From Octopus vulgaris (taxonomy: Eukaryota), in the NCBI GenBank assembly GCA_951406725.2, contig OX597815.1, forward strand, positions 130,448,001 through 130,512,000: a stretch of DNA of 64,000 bases, written 5' to 3'. The notes beneath the pieces are model-generated. The model had not been told where the DNA came from and did not search any database. It saw nothing but the letters and a program-made list of their open reading frames with translations. Shown piece after piece: positions 1 through 12,440 of this stretch (the stretch's first letter is position 1; the number at the start of each line of letters is the position of its first letter). The translations under genes and the position numbers were made by a program.

Positions 1-1894
1 AAGAACCTTAAAGAGAAAGTGGAAGAACCTTAAAGAGAAAGTGGAAGAACCTTAAAGAGAAAGTGGAAGAACCTTAAAGAGAAAGTGGAAGAACCTTAAA
101 GAGAAAGTGGAAGAACCTTAAAGAGAAAGTGGAAGAACCTTAAAGAGAAAGTGGAAGAACCTTAAAGAGAAAGTGGAAGAACCTTAAAGAGAAAGTGGAA
201 GAACCTTAAAGAGAAAGTGGAAGAACCTTAAAGAGAAAGTGGAAGAACCTTAAAGAGAAAGTGGAAGAACCTTAAAGAGAAAGTGGAAGAACCTTAAAGA
301 GAAAGTGGAAGAACCTTAAAGAGAAAGTGGAAGAACCTTAAAGAGAAAGTGGAAGAACCTTAAAGAGAAAGTGGAAGAACCTTAAAGAGAAAGTGGAAGA
401 ACCTTAAAGAGAAAGTGGAAGAACCTTAAAGAGAAAGTGGAAGAACCTTAAAGAGAAAGTGGAAGAACTAAGAACTTAAAGAGAAAGTGGAAGAACTTAA
501 AGAGAAAGTGGAAGAACTCTAAAGAGAAAGTGGAAGAACTCTAAAGAGAAAGTGGAAGAACTCTAAAGAGAAAGTGGAAGAACTCTAAAGAGAAAGTGGA
601 AGAACTCTAAAGAGAAAGTGGAAGAACTCTAAAGAGAAAGTGGAAGAACTCTAAAGAGAAAGTGGAAGAACTCTAAAGAGAAAGTGGAAGAACTCTAAAG
701 AGAAAGTGGAAGAACTCTAAAGAGAAAGTGGAAGAACTCTAAAGAGAAAGTGGAAGAACTCTAAAGAGAAAGTGGAAGAACTCTAAAGAGAAAGTGGAAG
801 AACTCTAAAAGAAAGTGGAAGAACTCTAAAGAGAAAGTGGAAGAACTCTAAAGAGAAAGTGGAAGAACTCTAAAGAGAAAGTGGAAGAACTCTAAAGAGA
901 AAGTGGAAGAACTCTAAAGAGAAAGTGGAAGAACTCTAAAGAGAAAGTGGAAGAACTCTAAAGAGAAAGTGGAAGAACTCTAAAGAGAAAGTGGAAGAAC
1001 TCTAAAGAGAAAGTGGAAGAACTCTAAAGAGAAAGTGGAAGAACTCTAAAGAGAAAGTGGAAGAACTCTAAAGAGAAAGTGGAAGAACTCTAAAGAGAAA
1101 GTGGAAGAACTCTAAAGAGAAAGTGGAAGAACTTTAAAGAGAAAGTGGAAGAACTTTAAAGAGAAAGTGGAAGAACTTTAAAGAGAAAGTGGAAGAACTT
1201 TAAAGAGAAAGTGGAAGAACTTTAAAGAGAAAGTGGAAGAACTTTAAAGAGAAAGTGGAAGAACTCTAAAGAGAAAGTGGAAGAACTCTAAAGAGAAAGT
1301 GGAAGAACTTTAAAGAGAAAGTGGAAGAACTTTAAAGAGAAAGTGGAAGAACTCTAAAGAGAAAGTGGAAGAACTCTAAAGAGAAAGTGGAAGAACTCTA
1401 AAGAGAAAGTGGAAGAACTTCTAAAGAGAAAGTGGAAGAACTCTAAAGAGAAAGTGGAAGAACTCTAAAGGAAAGAAGAAAGAAAGTGGAAGAACTCTAA
1501 AGAGAAAGTGGAAGAACTCTAAAGAGAAAGTGGAAGAACTCTAAAGAGAAGTGGAAGAACTCTAAAGAGAAAGTGGAAGAACTCTAAAGAGAAAGTGGAA
1601 GAACTTTAAAGAGAAAGTGGAAGAACTTTAAAGAGAAAGTGGAAGAATTAAAGAGAAAGTGGAAGAACTTTAAAGAGAAAGTGGAAGAACTTTAAAGAGA
1701 AAGTGGAAGAACTTTAAAGAGAAAGTGGAAGAACTTTAAAGAGAAAGTGGAAGAACTTTAAAGAGAAAGTGGAAGAACTTTAAAGAGAAAGTGGAAGAAC
1801 TTTAAAGAGAAAGTGGAAGAACTTTAAAGAGAAAGTGGAAGAACTTTAAAGAGAAAGTGGAAGAATTTTAAAGAGAAAGTGGAAGAATTTTAAA
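1..1894. repeat. 22-bp minisatellite (AAAGAGAAAGTGGAAGAACYYT), about 86 copies, runs off the window start
   Basis: Direct tandem units; variants ending CCTT, CTCT, CTTT and TTTT occur in blocks. Confidence 0.98.
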
Positions 1895-2497
1895 TGAGTC
1901 AAACAGAAAATAAATTTATAATTCTATGGTGCTAATTGTTTTCTGAGGCTCAAAGAGAGGGCTGGGTCCATTACCTTTGTAAGCTCTCCTAAAACCTATG
2001 AGATCGATATCATTAACATTCCTCTTGAAACTGAGTCAATACTAGCGAGAAATACAAGCAGAGAGGGAATTCAAGAAGGAAGACGTTCTAGGAAGGAAGG
2101 ATTGGGTGTAATTAAGAAGGGGGGCGATGGGGAGAGAAAGAGAGAAAAAGAGGGACAAAGCGTTAGTAGAGGTGGCACAATTCCAGCCAGAGCCAGTGAG
2201 GAGACACCATACCTGTGAGACATTAGGCTAGAATGTGTCTAATTTTACCGCAATAAGGAATTAGATGTTTTCCCGCCCTGATCAAGGCGATCTTAGACGA
2301 AGCGGTATCCACCGATGGCATTCGTTTCCTGTGTATCGTTAACGAAAACTCACAGTGCCTAATATATTTTTTGAAAGGTTCACGATTTGAGGGCGGTTTG
2401 GTTGCAATATTAGCATGTCAAGTCGTCATGTGAATAGAAAGCAAACCATATGACCTAGACACGTCTCAGTTTTAATCAAAATTTAATTTCTACTAAC

Positions 2498-2554
2498 GTT
2501 TATTTTCCGTTGGTGGTGGTATAACTAATGCATCTCGTGTTGAAGCGGTTTTAA
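2498..2554 (-). CDS. array micro-exon type A, 57 nt (KTASTRDALVIPPPTENK)
   Basis: TTTTTTTCTAG acceptor, GTTAGT donor, phase 1-1; paralog of 5015-5071. Confidence 0.62.
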
Positions 2555-3835
2555 CTAGAAAAAAATTAAAATCAGAAAGCAAGTGACAAGCTAAATTGAA
2601 CATCTTATTCACGAACAGCCTTAAGGTCTTAAGTGGATTTTTTGTTAGTGGTGTTACTGATTCAACTTGAATTGTGGTTTTTGTAGCTAAAAAGTTAATT
2701 TCTGAGCAACGAGACCATACATTTGTTTTAAATGAAAAGTCATTACTATTGTTCAACGGTGAAACTGATTTTAGAAACTAAAAAAGAAATGAAATATCCT
2801 AAGTCTTGCAAATATTTTTCAATCTGTTGAAGAATTTGAGACAAGATTGGACATCGCTTCATATCTTTCTTGAAGTGCAAACAATCGAAGTGAATACGTC
2901 ACGAATAGAAGGCAAGCTAAATCTAAAGTTCTACGGCACTAATCTGCATTTTCTTTTCTCTCTACATGTTTGGTCTCGATGAAGACCGGCTATACTCTTG
3001 TATCTTCGCAAGCGCTCCTAAATCAACGAAGCCGATGTTATTAGAGAGTGAGTTCAGAGGGCTGAGAGTCTTGGAAGGAATTTGCTGAGGGCCTAGTAGT
3101 AAAGGCACATGACAGTGGTTAAGGTATTCGGCTCACGACAGCAAGTTCGATTCCAGGAGATTCGTTGCGCTATTGAGCGAGATACTATCTCAGCTGGGGA
3201 CAATGAACTATAATTCAAAGGGTCAGCATTGTCACATTCTGTATCACGCTGAATCTTACTGATAACTATGCTAAATGTACACATGTTTGTGGAGTGCTCA
3301 CTCACTTGCATGTTAATTTCACGAGCAGGTTATTCCGTTGATTTGATCAACTGGAACCCTTGTTGTAACTAACCAGAGTGCCAGTAATTAGTTGGACCCA
3401 AATAGAGCGATGAGAAGAGAAGCGATAAATAGGATGGCACAGCTTCAGTGGAGATGACACGAGCCCAGCCAGACCCGTGGAGTAGAGACCGTTATAGTTG
3501 AGACAGAAAGGGCAGAGCGGCGGGATAGTATGCTGGAGCGTATATGCAACTTCATGCCAGAGAAAATAAGATTTTAGTATTGTCGCCCCGATGGAGCAAG
3601 CCTATTGTGAAAAGCATTTCACCCATAGTAAGTCTTTTCCTGAGTGAGAGTAACTAAGACCCACAGAATACTATGTCTTTTCTGTCATGTAGTTCGTAAT
3701 CTGAGGGCAATTTAGTTTTATTCAAGCATGCCTAGCAATTATGTTTTCAAAGTAACAAGCAAACCATATGATCTATAAATCTATATTTCATCTCTACATG
3801 ACTATTGTTTTAATTAGAATTTAATTTTTACTCAC

Positions 3836-3880
3836 GTTTACTTTCTGTTGATGATTTAAACAGAACTCTCATTTTAGTAT
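3836..3880 (-). CDS. array micro-exon, 45 nt (TKMRVLFKSSTESK)
   Basis: CTCTTCTAG acceptor, GTGAGT donor, phase 1-1. Confidence 0.6.
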
Positions 3881-5014
3881 CTAGAAGAGTAAAATTAAAT
3901 TAGGAATAAAAAGACGAACAATATGCAAACTTTTAAATTGACATTTCGTCCGTGTTTTATTAAAATTTTTACTCACTTTTTTTTATCCAATGGTGAAATA
4001 GTGACCGTAAATTTAGCAACTAAAGAAATTAGATATTCTCTGCAGACATGTAAATAGTAATTTTAAATCTATATCAGCATTAAAGACTTAAAGAGAAAAA
4101 ATAGGTATTGAGTCGTTTCGTATATATCTATAAGTATAACTTAAGTGGATAATGCACGAGCAAGAAAGAAGCTAAATCTAAAAGTTCAATGGTCCTAATG
4201 CTGAGTCTGAAGGCAGTGCCAGAGTCCATGTATCTCAGACTCCGAGACCGGTTCTTGAACCTTTATAAATCAACGCCAGCGGGATATATGAACAGTAAAG
4301 GACTTCTATGAGGTTTACATTCCAGAAAGGGAAGTTTGGGTGTAGAGGGCCTGTGAGAAAAGACACGAAAGCACTAGTGGTTAGGATATTGCACTCATTT
4401 ACAAGATGGTTTCGATTCCCAGATCGGGTGTTGTGCTCTTGAGCAAATTACTTTTTCCAGCTTCACTCCGCTGTAAACCAGTAACTATGATATGGACTGG
4501 AGTCCTATTCAGGGGGAATGTTGTGGTCTAGGTCATCAATACGCCACGCAAAGCAAGTGAGCGACTATGAATCATAGGACTCGAGGCTAATGTGCAGGGG
4601 TTTGATGGCAATTGGACACAAGTAGGATAATGAGATGGGGAGAGATAGGCTAGCAAAACCTGGAGGTGACATGAGCCCAGCCAGATCCGCAGAGCGGAAT
4701 ACAAGTATGTTTAACTTTATACCAAGAAGGAACTTGGCATTTTCATTTGTCATCCTTGATCGAGCAGATGTAGGATGAAGTGGGTTGCAGCTATGACCAG
4801 TCATTCTTTTCCTGTGTACAGGTAACAAAGGCCCAAAGTATCCATTGCATCTTTTTTCTAAGGTGAAAGTTCGTGATTTGAGGGTGGTCTGGCTGCAATA
4901 CAAGCATGTCAAGCAGTCATGTGAAGTTAACAGAAAGCAAAGCATATGATCTATAAATCTAGATTTCATCCCTACATGTCTCAGTCTTAATAGGAATTAC
5001 ATTTTTTTACTCAC

Positions 5015-5071
5015 GTTTATTTTCTGTCGGAGGTGGTGTTAATAATACATCTTGTGTTGAAGCAGTTTTAG
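5015..5071 (-). CDS. array micro-exon type A, 57 nt (KTASTQDVLLTPPPTENK)
   Basis: TTTTTTCCAG acceptor, GTGAGT donor, phase 1-1. Confidence 0.7.
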
Positions 5072-5152
5072 CTGGAAAAAAAATTACGAAGATCAGAAGG
5101 CAAGCGACAAGCTAAATTGAACATCTTATTCACGAATAAGATCTAAACTTAC

Positions 5153-5206
5153 ATCGATTTTCATTTGGTAGTGTTACTGGTTTAAGTGGAGTTGAGGATT
5201 TTGTAG
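5153..5206 (-). CDS. array micro-exon type B, 54 nt (TKSSTPLKPVTLPNENR)
   Basis: CTTTTTAG acceptor, GTAAGT donor, phase 1-1. Confidence 0.68.
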
Positions 5207-5548
5207 CTAAAAAGGATTAAAAATTAAATTCTGAACAAAGAGACCAAGTAACAACTAAATTCGACGTTTTATCTGTACTCATCCATGAATATTAGGTTTA
5301 AATCAGTTTACTTTTCTTGTTCAATGGTGAAAGAATTTGAGCTTGAGTGATGGAGTTTATTGAAAGGAATTTCATCAATAGGACAATTTTAGTTTTAATT
5401 GGAATTTATTTTTTACTCTCGTTTATCTTCTGTTGTTGTTGGTGGTGTAAGTGCTGTAGCTAGAGTTAAAACGGTTTTAACTTGAAAACTTTACAAAGAT
5501 CAGAAAGCAAGGTTAAGTATAGATCTTAACCTTAAGATCTATACTTAC

Positions 5549-5602
5549 ATCGATTTTCCTTTGGTGGGGTTACGACTTTAACTTGGGCTGTGGTTTTTAG
5601 AG
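5549..5602 (-). CDS. array micro-exon type B, 54 nt (LKTTAQVKVVTPPKENR)
   Basis: TTTTAG acceptor, GTAAGT donor, phase 1-1. Confidence 0.65.
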
Positions 5603-5905
5603 CTAAAACGAATTTGAAATTAAATTCTGAACAAAGATCAAGCAACAACTAAAATGGACATTTTAGCTGTACTCCTCCATTAATATTAGTTTTAAATGAG
5701 AAGTTTACTTGTTCAATTGTGGAGGAATGAGTGATAGGGATTTTGTTGAAAGTAATTTCATCTACTTGACAATTATAGTTTTAACTAGAATTTTTACTCG
5801 CGTTTATCTTATCTTGGTGGTAGTGTGAGTGCTGTAGCTAGAGTTTAAACGGTTTTAGCTAGAAAAAATTACGAAAACCAAAATAACCTTAATATCTATA
5901 CTTAC

Positions 5906-5950
5906 ATCGATTTTCCTTTACTGGTGTAACTTGAGCTGTGGATTTTGCAG
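5906..5950 (-). CDS. array micro-exon type B, 45 nt (AKSTAQVTPVKENR)
   Basis: TTTTTAG acceptor, GTAAGT donor; in-frame 9-nt deletion relative to the 54-nt copies. Confidence 0.65.
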
Positions 5951-6339
5951 CTAAAAAGAATTTTAAATTAAATTCTGAACAAAGAGATCAAGCAACAACT
6001 AAAATGGACATTTTAGCTGTACTCATCCTAAAATATTAGTCTTAAATGATAAGTCTCTACTTTACTTGTTCAATGTTGAAAGAGTTTGTGCTCGAATGAT
6101 AGAGATTTTAGTGAAAGGAATTTCATCCCTACGTGAACTTAATTGTTTTAATTCGAATTTAATTTTTAGCAATGTTTATCATTTGTTAGAAGTGTAACTG
6201 ATACAGCTCCAGTTAAAGCGGTTCTAGCTAGGAAAAGTTAATTATGAAAAATGAAAAACCAGATTTTTTTTTTTTTAATGAACAGCTCATTTTATCCCCA
6301 AATATTAGTTTTATTTTAAAATAATTGAACTAAACTCAC

Positions 6340-6372
6340 ATTTGTTTTCTATCCGTGGTTTAACTGATTTAG
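6340..6372 (-). CDS. array micro-exon, 33 nt (KSVKPRIENK)
   Basis: TTTCAG acceptor, GTGAGT donor; ends in ENK like the other array exons. Confidence 0.55.
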
Positions 6373-7839
6373 CTGAAAGTAACCATTTTAGTTGCTTAAA
6401 TAAAAGTTAAGAAATCTATTAAGAGATAGAAGTTAATTTTTCAAATTAAAAGTCTTGAGGTGAAGGCTGCAGGGATATGTTAGCTTTGACGTCTGTCGAT
6501 AGCCACCAACGACGTAAGTAAATTTACTATGAAAAATCGAAATTAAACCATAAATTTACTATATCCACAGTTCAATTCATCCATTTTAATTTGAATTCGT
6601 CGGAAATTCAATTAAATTTACTGACTTTAAAAATACTCTTCAATTATAGAGTTGCTATGCATGGAATAGCAATTAGTTTGTATTGATCATTAAGCGTTTG
6701 TGAAAAAATGTTATTTTTCCTGTTTCAAAACAACTTTTGGTTTTCATTGTCTATTTTCGCCTTATTAGATAGCTGATTATTCCGACTCAAAAATTATTCA
6801 ATTGTTTAAAATGTTGCGTCAAACTGTCAACGATTTCAAATCAGTCAAGAAATGCAAAATGTTAAAAAAAATATCAGTTATACTAACTGGTCTTTGGTAC
6901 TTTCATTTCGGTTTTTTCATTAGATGCAAAATTATCTAGTTTAGAAAGTCAAACAAAACATTGATTACAAATTCTTTAATGCAAATGAAATAAAATGCAA
7001 GTCATCTACCTAATCTGAACTAATAAGTTATTTCATAATTCCTGCGATAAGTTTATTCTAACAAGTTGGTGATGTTCAACTAAATATTGAAATTTGTCAA
7101 TCGTCTACTTAAACTAGTGATCAAATCCTAACAGTCTTTAGATTCAACTATCAACCCTGTTTTTGAAATATTTTTACAATCCCAAAAGAAAACGTTACAT
7201 TGATTTGATAAAACGATGACTCAAAGTTGATGGTGAATCCAGTTGTTACATTATCTTTCAGCTATGTAATGTGAATAGATTTAGACTAGGCTGAAATCAA
7301 TAAATACGTTCGAAATGGTCTATTTGTTAAAATAGATTTGTAAAGAAAACCTAGAATTGAAGATTTTCGAACTGCAAGATAAATATGTCAATATTGCCTT
7401 GCTTTGGCTTAAATCCTCAATTATTTGATAGAATCGTAAGATCCCCGTCATGATATAACGTGTGATACATTTTAAGACATGGAGGAGCTCATCTCTATTC
7501 AGGTCTGACAACAACCGATTTCTACCAGAAATTAGAAAACAAAGAGTAAGAGAATGTCGAGATGACTAGTATATTATCACCCTGAAAGTATGACAAGCAA
7601 AGTTGGCTTCAGTGAGATTTAACCCAAGAGCGTCGACAGCCGAAGTGACTATCGCAAATCAATCTCTAATGACTGCTAATCGTCCGTCTCTCTTCCAACA
7701 CGTGTCGACAAAACCATCTTTAATCATTCAACAACCTTTAAGATTTAGGTTAAACTGAAAACCAAAACAGAATATAGGGTTTATTAGATTTGAATATATA
7801 CTATGTCATCTGGATTAAGTTTTGGGTAGCTAAGCTCAC

Positions 7840-7863
7840 CTGACTCTTCATCGGTAGAAAAAT
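7840..7863 (-). CDS. candidate acidic micro-exon, 24 nt (FSTDEES)
   Basis: TTTTTTTCAG acceptor, CAG|GTGAGC donor, symmetric phase 1. Confidence 0.65.
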
Positions 7864-8490
7864 CTGAAAAAAAATAAATGTTGACATTTAAATATTCATG
7901 AAATGTTGAAACTGAACATATTTCTTTGCCGATTAAATAATGCGGGCTTATTCTCTGCAACAGATATAGAGGTTTTAAACTTAATGTGGGCCGGTTTATC
8001 ATATGTCGAAATCTAGCTCCAGATGACCTTTTAAAAATTGAAGATTTCAGAAATGGAGTCATGAAAAGAGAAAAAATAGCGAACTCGCTTATTGAATTTG
8101 TTCAGAGTAGAAGGAACTTGCACAATGTGGCGCGCATTGCGATTGAGCTAAAAAATTACGTGTTCACAAATGGAATTTGTAAAATGATCATGTCTGTAGA
8201 CTAATTTTTCCTTCATTTGAGAAAGCATATAAATATCTGGCAGATTTGAAGTCAAGTGGAAATTCTTTAATGATGTAAACCTGAACGAATGTGATTACAA
8301 TAAGTTGATTTTTTTCCTAAATACATAAATATTGAAATTGTTTTCAACAAAATACTCTGGCTTAGAATAAAGACAAGAATTGACCGAGAAAATTCACAAG
8401 CGTGAATGAAGCGTTGAATATCCTTTTGTATTTAACAAAAGAACTTAGCTATTAGCTACGGTTGGGTATTGTAGGGTCATAGAAACTTGC

Positions 8491-8535
8491 TCCATTTTGT
8501 GCTCAATTGAAGTGCATAACTTATAGCAGTAAAAA
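8491..8535 (-). CDS. candidate phase-1 micro-exon, 45 nt, with GC donor (FTAISYALQLSTKW)
   Basis: TTTCAG acceptor, GCAAGT donor, symmetric phase 1. Confidence 0.3.
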
Positions 8536-8799
8536 CTGAAATCTTGCTACAGACTTAATTGTCAACGTTTGATCTTAGTAAAACTACCTTCCATAGATTA
8601 GGACAGAAGGTTTGCATATTGAAAAAAGTATTCGAATTATTGCAAGTTAAAAGGAAGTAGTTCTGAGAAAGAATGGTTAAGTCGGACATAATGGTAAATC
8701 AATACAAATGGAGATTTTGCAGAAACGCATCTCTGGTCACTATTTTTTTTTGAAAGCACAAACACACGTACTAGAGAGAGAGAGAAAGAGAGAGTTTAG

Positions 8800-9120
8800 A
8801 AGTTTGCTTCCCAACACCACATGGTTCCGGGTTCAGTCCCACTGCATGGCACTTTGGGCAAATGTCTACTTTAGCCTCGAGCCGACCAAAGCCTTGTGAG
8901 TGGATTTGGTAGACGGAAACTGGGAGCCTGTTGTATATTATATATACATGCATCTATGTTCCCTCACCCACCATCGCTTGACAACCGATGATTGTGTTTA
9001 TATATATCCCCGCAACTTAGCAGTTCGGCAAAAGTGATCGATAAAACAAGTCCTGGGGTCGATTACTGCGACTAAAACCCTTTAAGGCGGGCTCCAACAT
9101 GGCCGCAATCAAATGCTCGA
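8800..9120 (+). mobile_element. tRNA-derived octopus-type SINE family 1 (other copies at about 13190, 19800, 25750, 27705, 30000, 32455, 34070, 38325, 54235, 57085, 62800, 63310)
   Basis: Recurrent GTGGCTGTGTGGTAAG...GGTTCAGTCCC head, internal microsatellite and GCATGGCCGCAGTC tail. Confidence 0.85.
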
Positions 9121-9125
9121 AAGAT

Positions 9126-9173
<48 letters not shown>

Positions 9174-9205
9174 GAGATAGAAAGAGACATTTCGTTCTTG
9201 CTCAC

Positions 9206-9316
9206 CTGAATCGCTAAAAGAATCGGAATAGCTACTCCATGAATAACAATTGAGAATCATGTCATCACTGTCGCTTGAGAAATCACTTTCTGAAGATGAC
9301 GCGGGTTTTTTCATAG
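9206..9316 (-). CDS. candidate Ser/Asp-rich phase-1 exon, 111 nt (MKKPASSSESDFSSDSDDMILNCYSWSSYSDSFSDS)
   Basis: TTCTCTTAAAG acceptor, CAG|GTGAGC donor, symmetric phase 1, protein-like acidic composition. Confidence 0.65.
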
Positions 9317-9952
9317 CTTTAAGAGAATGTTTAAAAGTAACGATTAAAATCTAACCATTGTTCGAAAAAAAAAAAAAAAAACATTAAAAAATAATAAAAA
9401 ACTAATAGGGTGTGGTACAAGAGTTTCGAAGTTATATTGACAGCAGTTTCAAGAATCGATTTGAAAAGTCGTCGTTGCAAGTAATTTATATTTGTACATT
9501 TAGAGCTGGTGTTTATATTTCAAAGTTTTAATATAATGCACACAAACTTATATCCGAATTCAATTAGAGTTTGTAATTGGTGATTCAGATCAACGAGACT
9601 AGATTTATGAAATAGACAAGAGCTCCTGTGAAGATTTCTAAACAACTTTAGCAAGAATTAAATGCCAACAATTGGGAATCAAAAATGGTTCGCTGTTTAT
9701 CTTTGGCGTTGTTTAGTTTCAGGTCAGCTATGTTCAAACAAATCTGATCATAGGAATTCCATCTCAGACCATCTACTTCCTACCAGTGTATCTAATATTT
9801 CATTATGTAATGTCTTTTACAGACTGATTCACCTGCTGTTCCTAGATGGAGCCATACCATTCTCCCACTGGCTGACTTACCTTAAGTCGCTCGAATATTA
9901 GATTTAACCCTTCATTAACTAAAAGATACCGCTGCGTTACCGTTATACTTAC

Positions 9953-9979
9953 TTGAAACTAATGAAATTTTTATACTTC
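9953..9979 (-). CDS. candidate phase-1 micro-exon, 27 nt (SIKISLVS)
   Basis: TTTTAG acceptor, GTAAGT donor. Joining it to the 75-nt exon would create TGA across the junction. Confidence 0.35.
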
Positions 9980-10078
9980 CTAAAATGTTTTTCAAACAAG
10001 CAAGAGTTAGGTCCTATAAGAAGCTCAACTGGTGCATAATTCTGAGCGCCAGAAAGTCGAGGACCCTCTTAAACTTAC

Positions 10079-10153
10079 ATCCAGAAAAGTCTTGTTCAAC
10101 CTTGCAAAATTTAAGGCTCTGACCAGAATGTTCTATGCTTGTGAAAAACAGAT
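10079..10153 (-). CDS. candidate phase-1 exon, 75 nt (LFFTSIEHSGQSLKFCKVEQDFSG)
   Basis: TTTCCAG acceptor, GTAAGT donor, symmetric phase 1. Confidence 0.55.
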
Positions 10154-10959
10154 CTGGAAATGTAGCATTAACGGTTTCAATACACTGAATGGATTTAAAC
10201 AATCGAATATTATATTCAGACATGAAGCTAACAGTCCGTTAATCTGTGGGCTGGCTTAGCAAATGTCGAAATCCAACCTCAGTCTGTCATTTGTGGCAGT
10301 TACACTTTACAACACCCAAAATTCTTTAAAGGATCGGACATTTCAGTTAGCAAGTCTCATGAAAATGTACAAAAATGGTGAACTCGCTTACTGAATTTAT
10401 TCAATTTTATTGGAAAAACTTGTCCAGTGTAAACTCGGAACTACGTGGTCGCGAAGAGAATTTGGTAACCATACAACCCTGTCTAAATATTTCCTTTATA
10501 TGAGAAAGCAGATTTGAAGTAAATTGAGTCAAAATTAATGATAGCATTAGAATAAGACAACTATCAAAAGGGACTTCCGTTAAGAAACTTAAGTGTATTC
10601 GATTGGTATAGTTCTGATAATGAACAAATGAAAATAAATGTAACTTCGAAATTGGGTAAAATAACTTCCATGTTGTAAATTAAAAATTCTGGTATCCAAG
10701 ACTTGAATGAAAGATAAAACAATTTTGATCTTTTCCGATTTATCCAAGAGATAAGATCAATTTGTTTTGCTTTACAAGTCAACGTTTGGTTTCCAACTAA
10801 AAAATTGATTTAATTGTACATTTTCTTCTAATAAAAAAAATGGTCTAGCTATAGTAAACAGAATTAATCATTTTTTTTTTACATTTTATTGACTATAGAT
10901 GAAGTCCTCTTCAAAGGTGGTTACTCTTCAGTGATAACACTTCATATCTAGATTATTGA

Positions 10960-11049
10960 GCTAACATTTAATAGGCTAACATTTAATAGGCTAACATTTA
11001 ATAGGCTAACATTTAATAGGCTAACATTTAATAGGCTAACATTTAATAG
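10960..11049. repeat. 15-bp tandem repeat GCTAACATTTAATAG x6
   Basis: Six perfect copies. Confidence 0.97.
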
Positions 11050-12215
11050 ACACATACACAAAACGGGTTATAAAATAAAGTCATCGAGGAAATACAAAGC
11101 TACAACATTACCACTTTCTCAAAGAACATTTGCAACATAAATCGAGTAAACTGGTTTCCACTTAGAACTGAACGATAATTAGATTGGGTTTTCTTTCAAA
11201 ACAGCGGCGATCCTAGTTTTGAAGTCCAAGCAAAGCTACTAAACTTTCTGAATTGCATTTCTATTTTAGTGTTACGTTGAAAAGACCGAGAAAGTCTTAA
11301 TACAAAAAATTGTTTAAGTATAAAGGATGTCCAATCTTAGAAATCTAAGAAAGAAAAAAAAGAGCAGGGTTTTATTTTATCACAGACAAAATTATCCGAT
11401 CGATCTTTTATACATCACATAGAAATAAGCTGCCTGAAAATCCATTTCGTCTAAATGTTTTGCAAAACGGAATCCTTGACCCATTTCAATTCGGGAAGTA
11501 ATTTTACATTGTTGTACACATTTATATTTAGATCTGACAGTATTCATAGACAAATACAGATTAATTTACATTTTCAGCCTTCGAACAGCTAGAATTAAGT
11601 ATTCTTTCTTGGAAAGAAAGAATGCTGAGATATTCTGATTTTTTCCACATCAGTAACCCAGAATTCAAGTAAATGAAAGACTAATCCCAAGATTTAAAAC
11701 GGAAACAATTCATAGTTGTATTTCATATTAAAGATATCCGCTTGCTGTAAGAAATAAGCTTGGTAGAATATATTAAGTATTGTCTAAATTTCTTTTTATA
11801 GTTGCTTATCAAATTTGATAACCAATCTAAAGAAACCAAGATAATCCTCCTTGTTATACGTAGTCGGATCTGATTAGTAAAGACCTGGGAAATGGAAGCA
11901 ATTTTCAAACAATTTGCACAAAATTAATTAGATGGCTGTTTTATCTTCGAAAATTTACAGTTTGTAAAGGTTTAACTTTTCCGGTTTCATTTATTACAAT
12001 CAAACATTGGTCAATTCCGAAAGCTCAAATGGGATAAATATAATGGGGTAAAAAAAATTAAATTTGCGTTTAAATTACAAATGTTTGAAATCAAGAAATT
12101 TAAGCTGTCTTGATTCTGTTTTTGAAACCATCAAATTGAAGTGTAGGATTTTCAAGGGTTTTAACACTTTAGAGTAACAATGAATATGGTGACTGTCTAA
12201 AATACATATACTTAA

Positions 12216-12398
12216 CCCTTCGTGGGCCGGCGGGTGTCCCTTGGGGCCCCAGCAGATTTTAAAAGTTATGCAACTTTTACAATTTTTATTTAAGTGATTT
12301 TAAATCTGACTTGTCAATAGTTTATATACAGTAATACCTCGATTTTCGAACACCTAATCGCAAATAAATCGTACTTTATTTATTTTTATTTATATATT

Positions 12399-12440
<42 letters not shown>

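Larger units (their letters stand above)
2150..6400 (-). repeat. nested tandem duplication: about 1.25-kb units (x3) and about 370-bp exon-bearing subunits, including dead exon copies
   Basis: Shared strings recur near 2168/3450/4663 and 2440/3760/4935. Dead copies: 2633-2686 (TT donor), 5421-5480 (GA donor), 5802-5858 (GC donor plus in-frame TAA), 6174-6227 (AT donor). Confidence 0.85.

Noticed and set aside
1-1894. KEKVEEL heptad coiled-coil coding repeat
   Set aside because: The unit is 22 bp, so the frame shifts every copy and hits TAA stops.
1-1894. CRISPR-like array
   Set aside because: No unique spacers, and the context is eukaryotic.
7784-8062. 92-aa ORF as an exon
   Set aside because: No canonical splice sites at plausible ends; only 7840-7863 is supported.
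9881-9918. Exon candidate with AAG|GTAAGT donor
   Set aside because: Phase 1 to 0, and only 34 nt from the neighbouring candidate.
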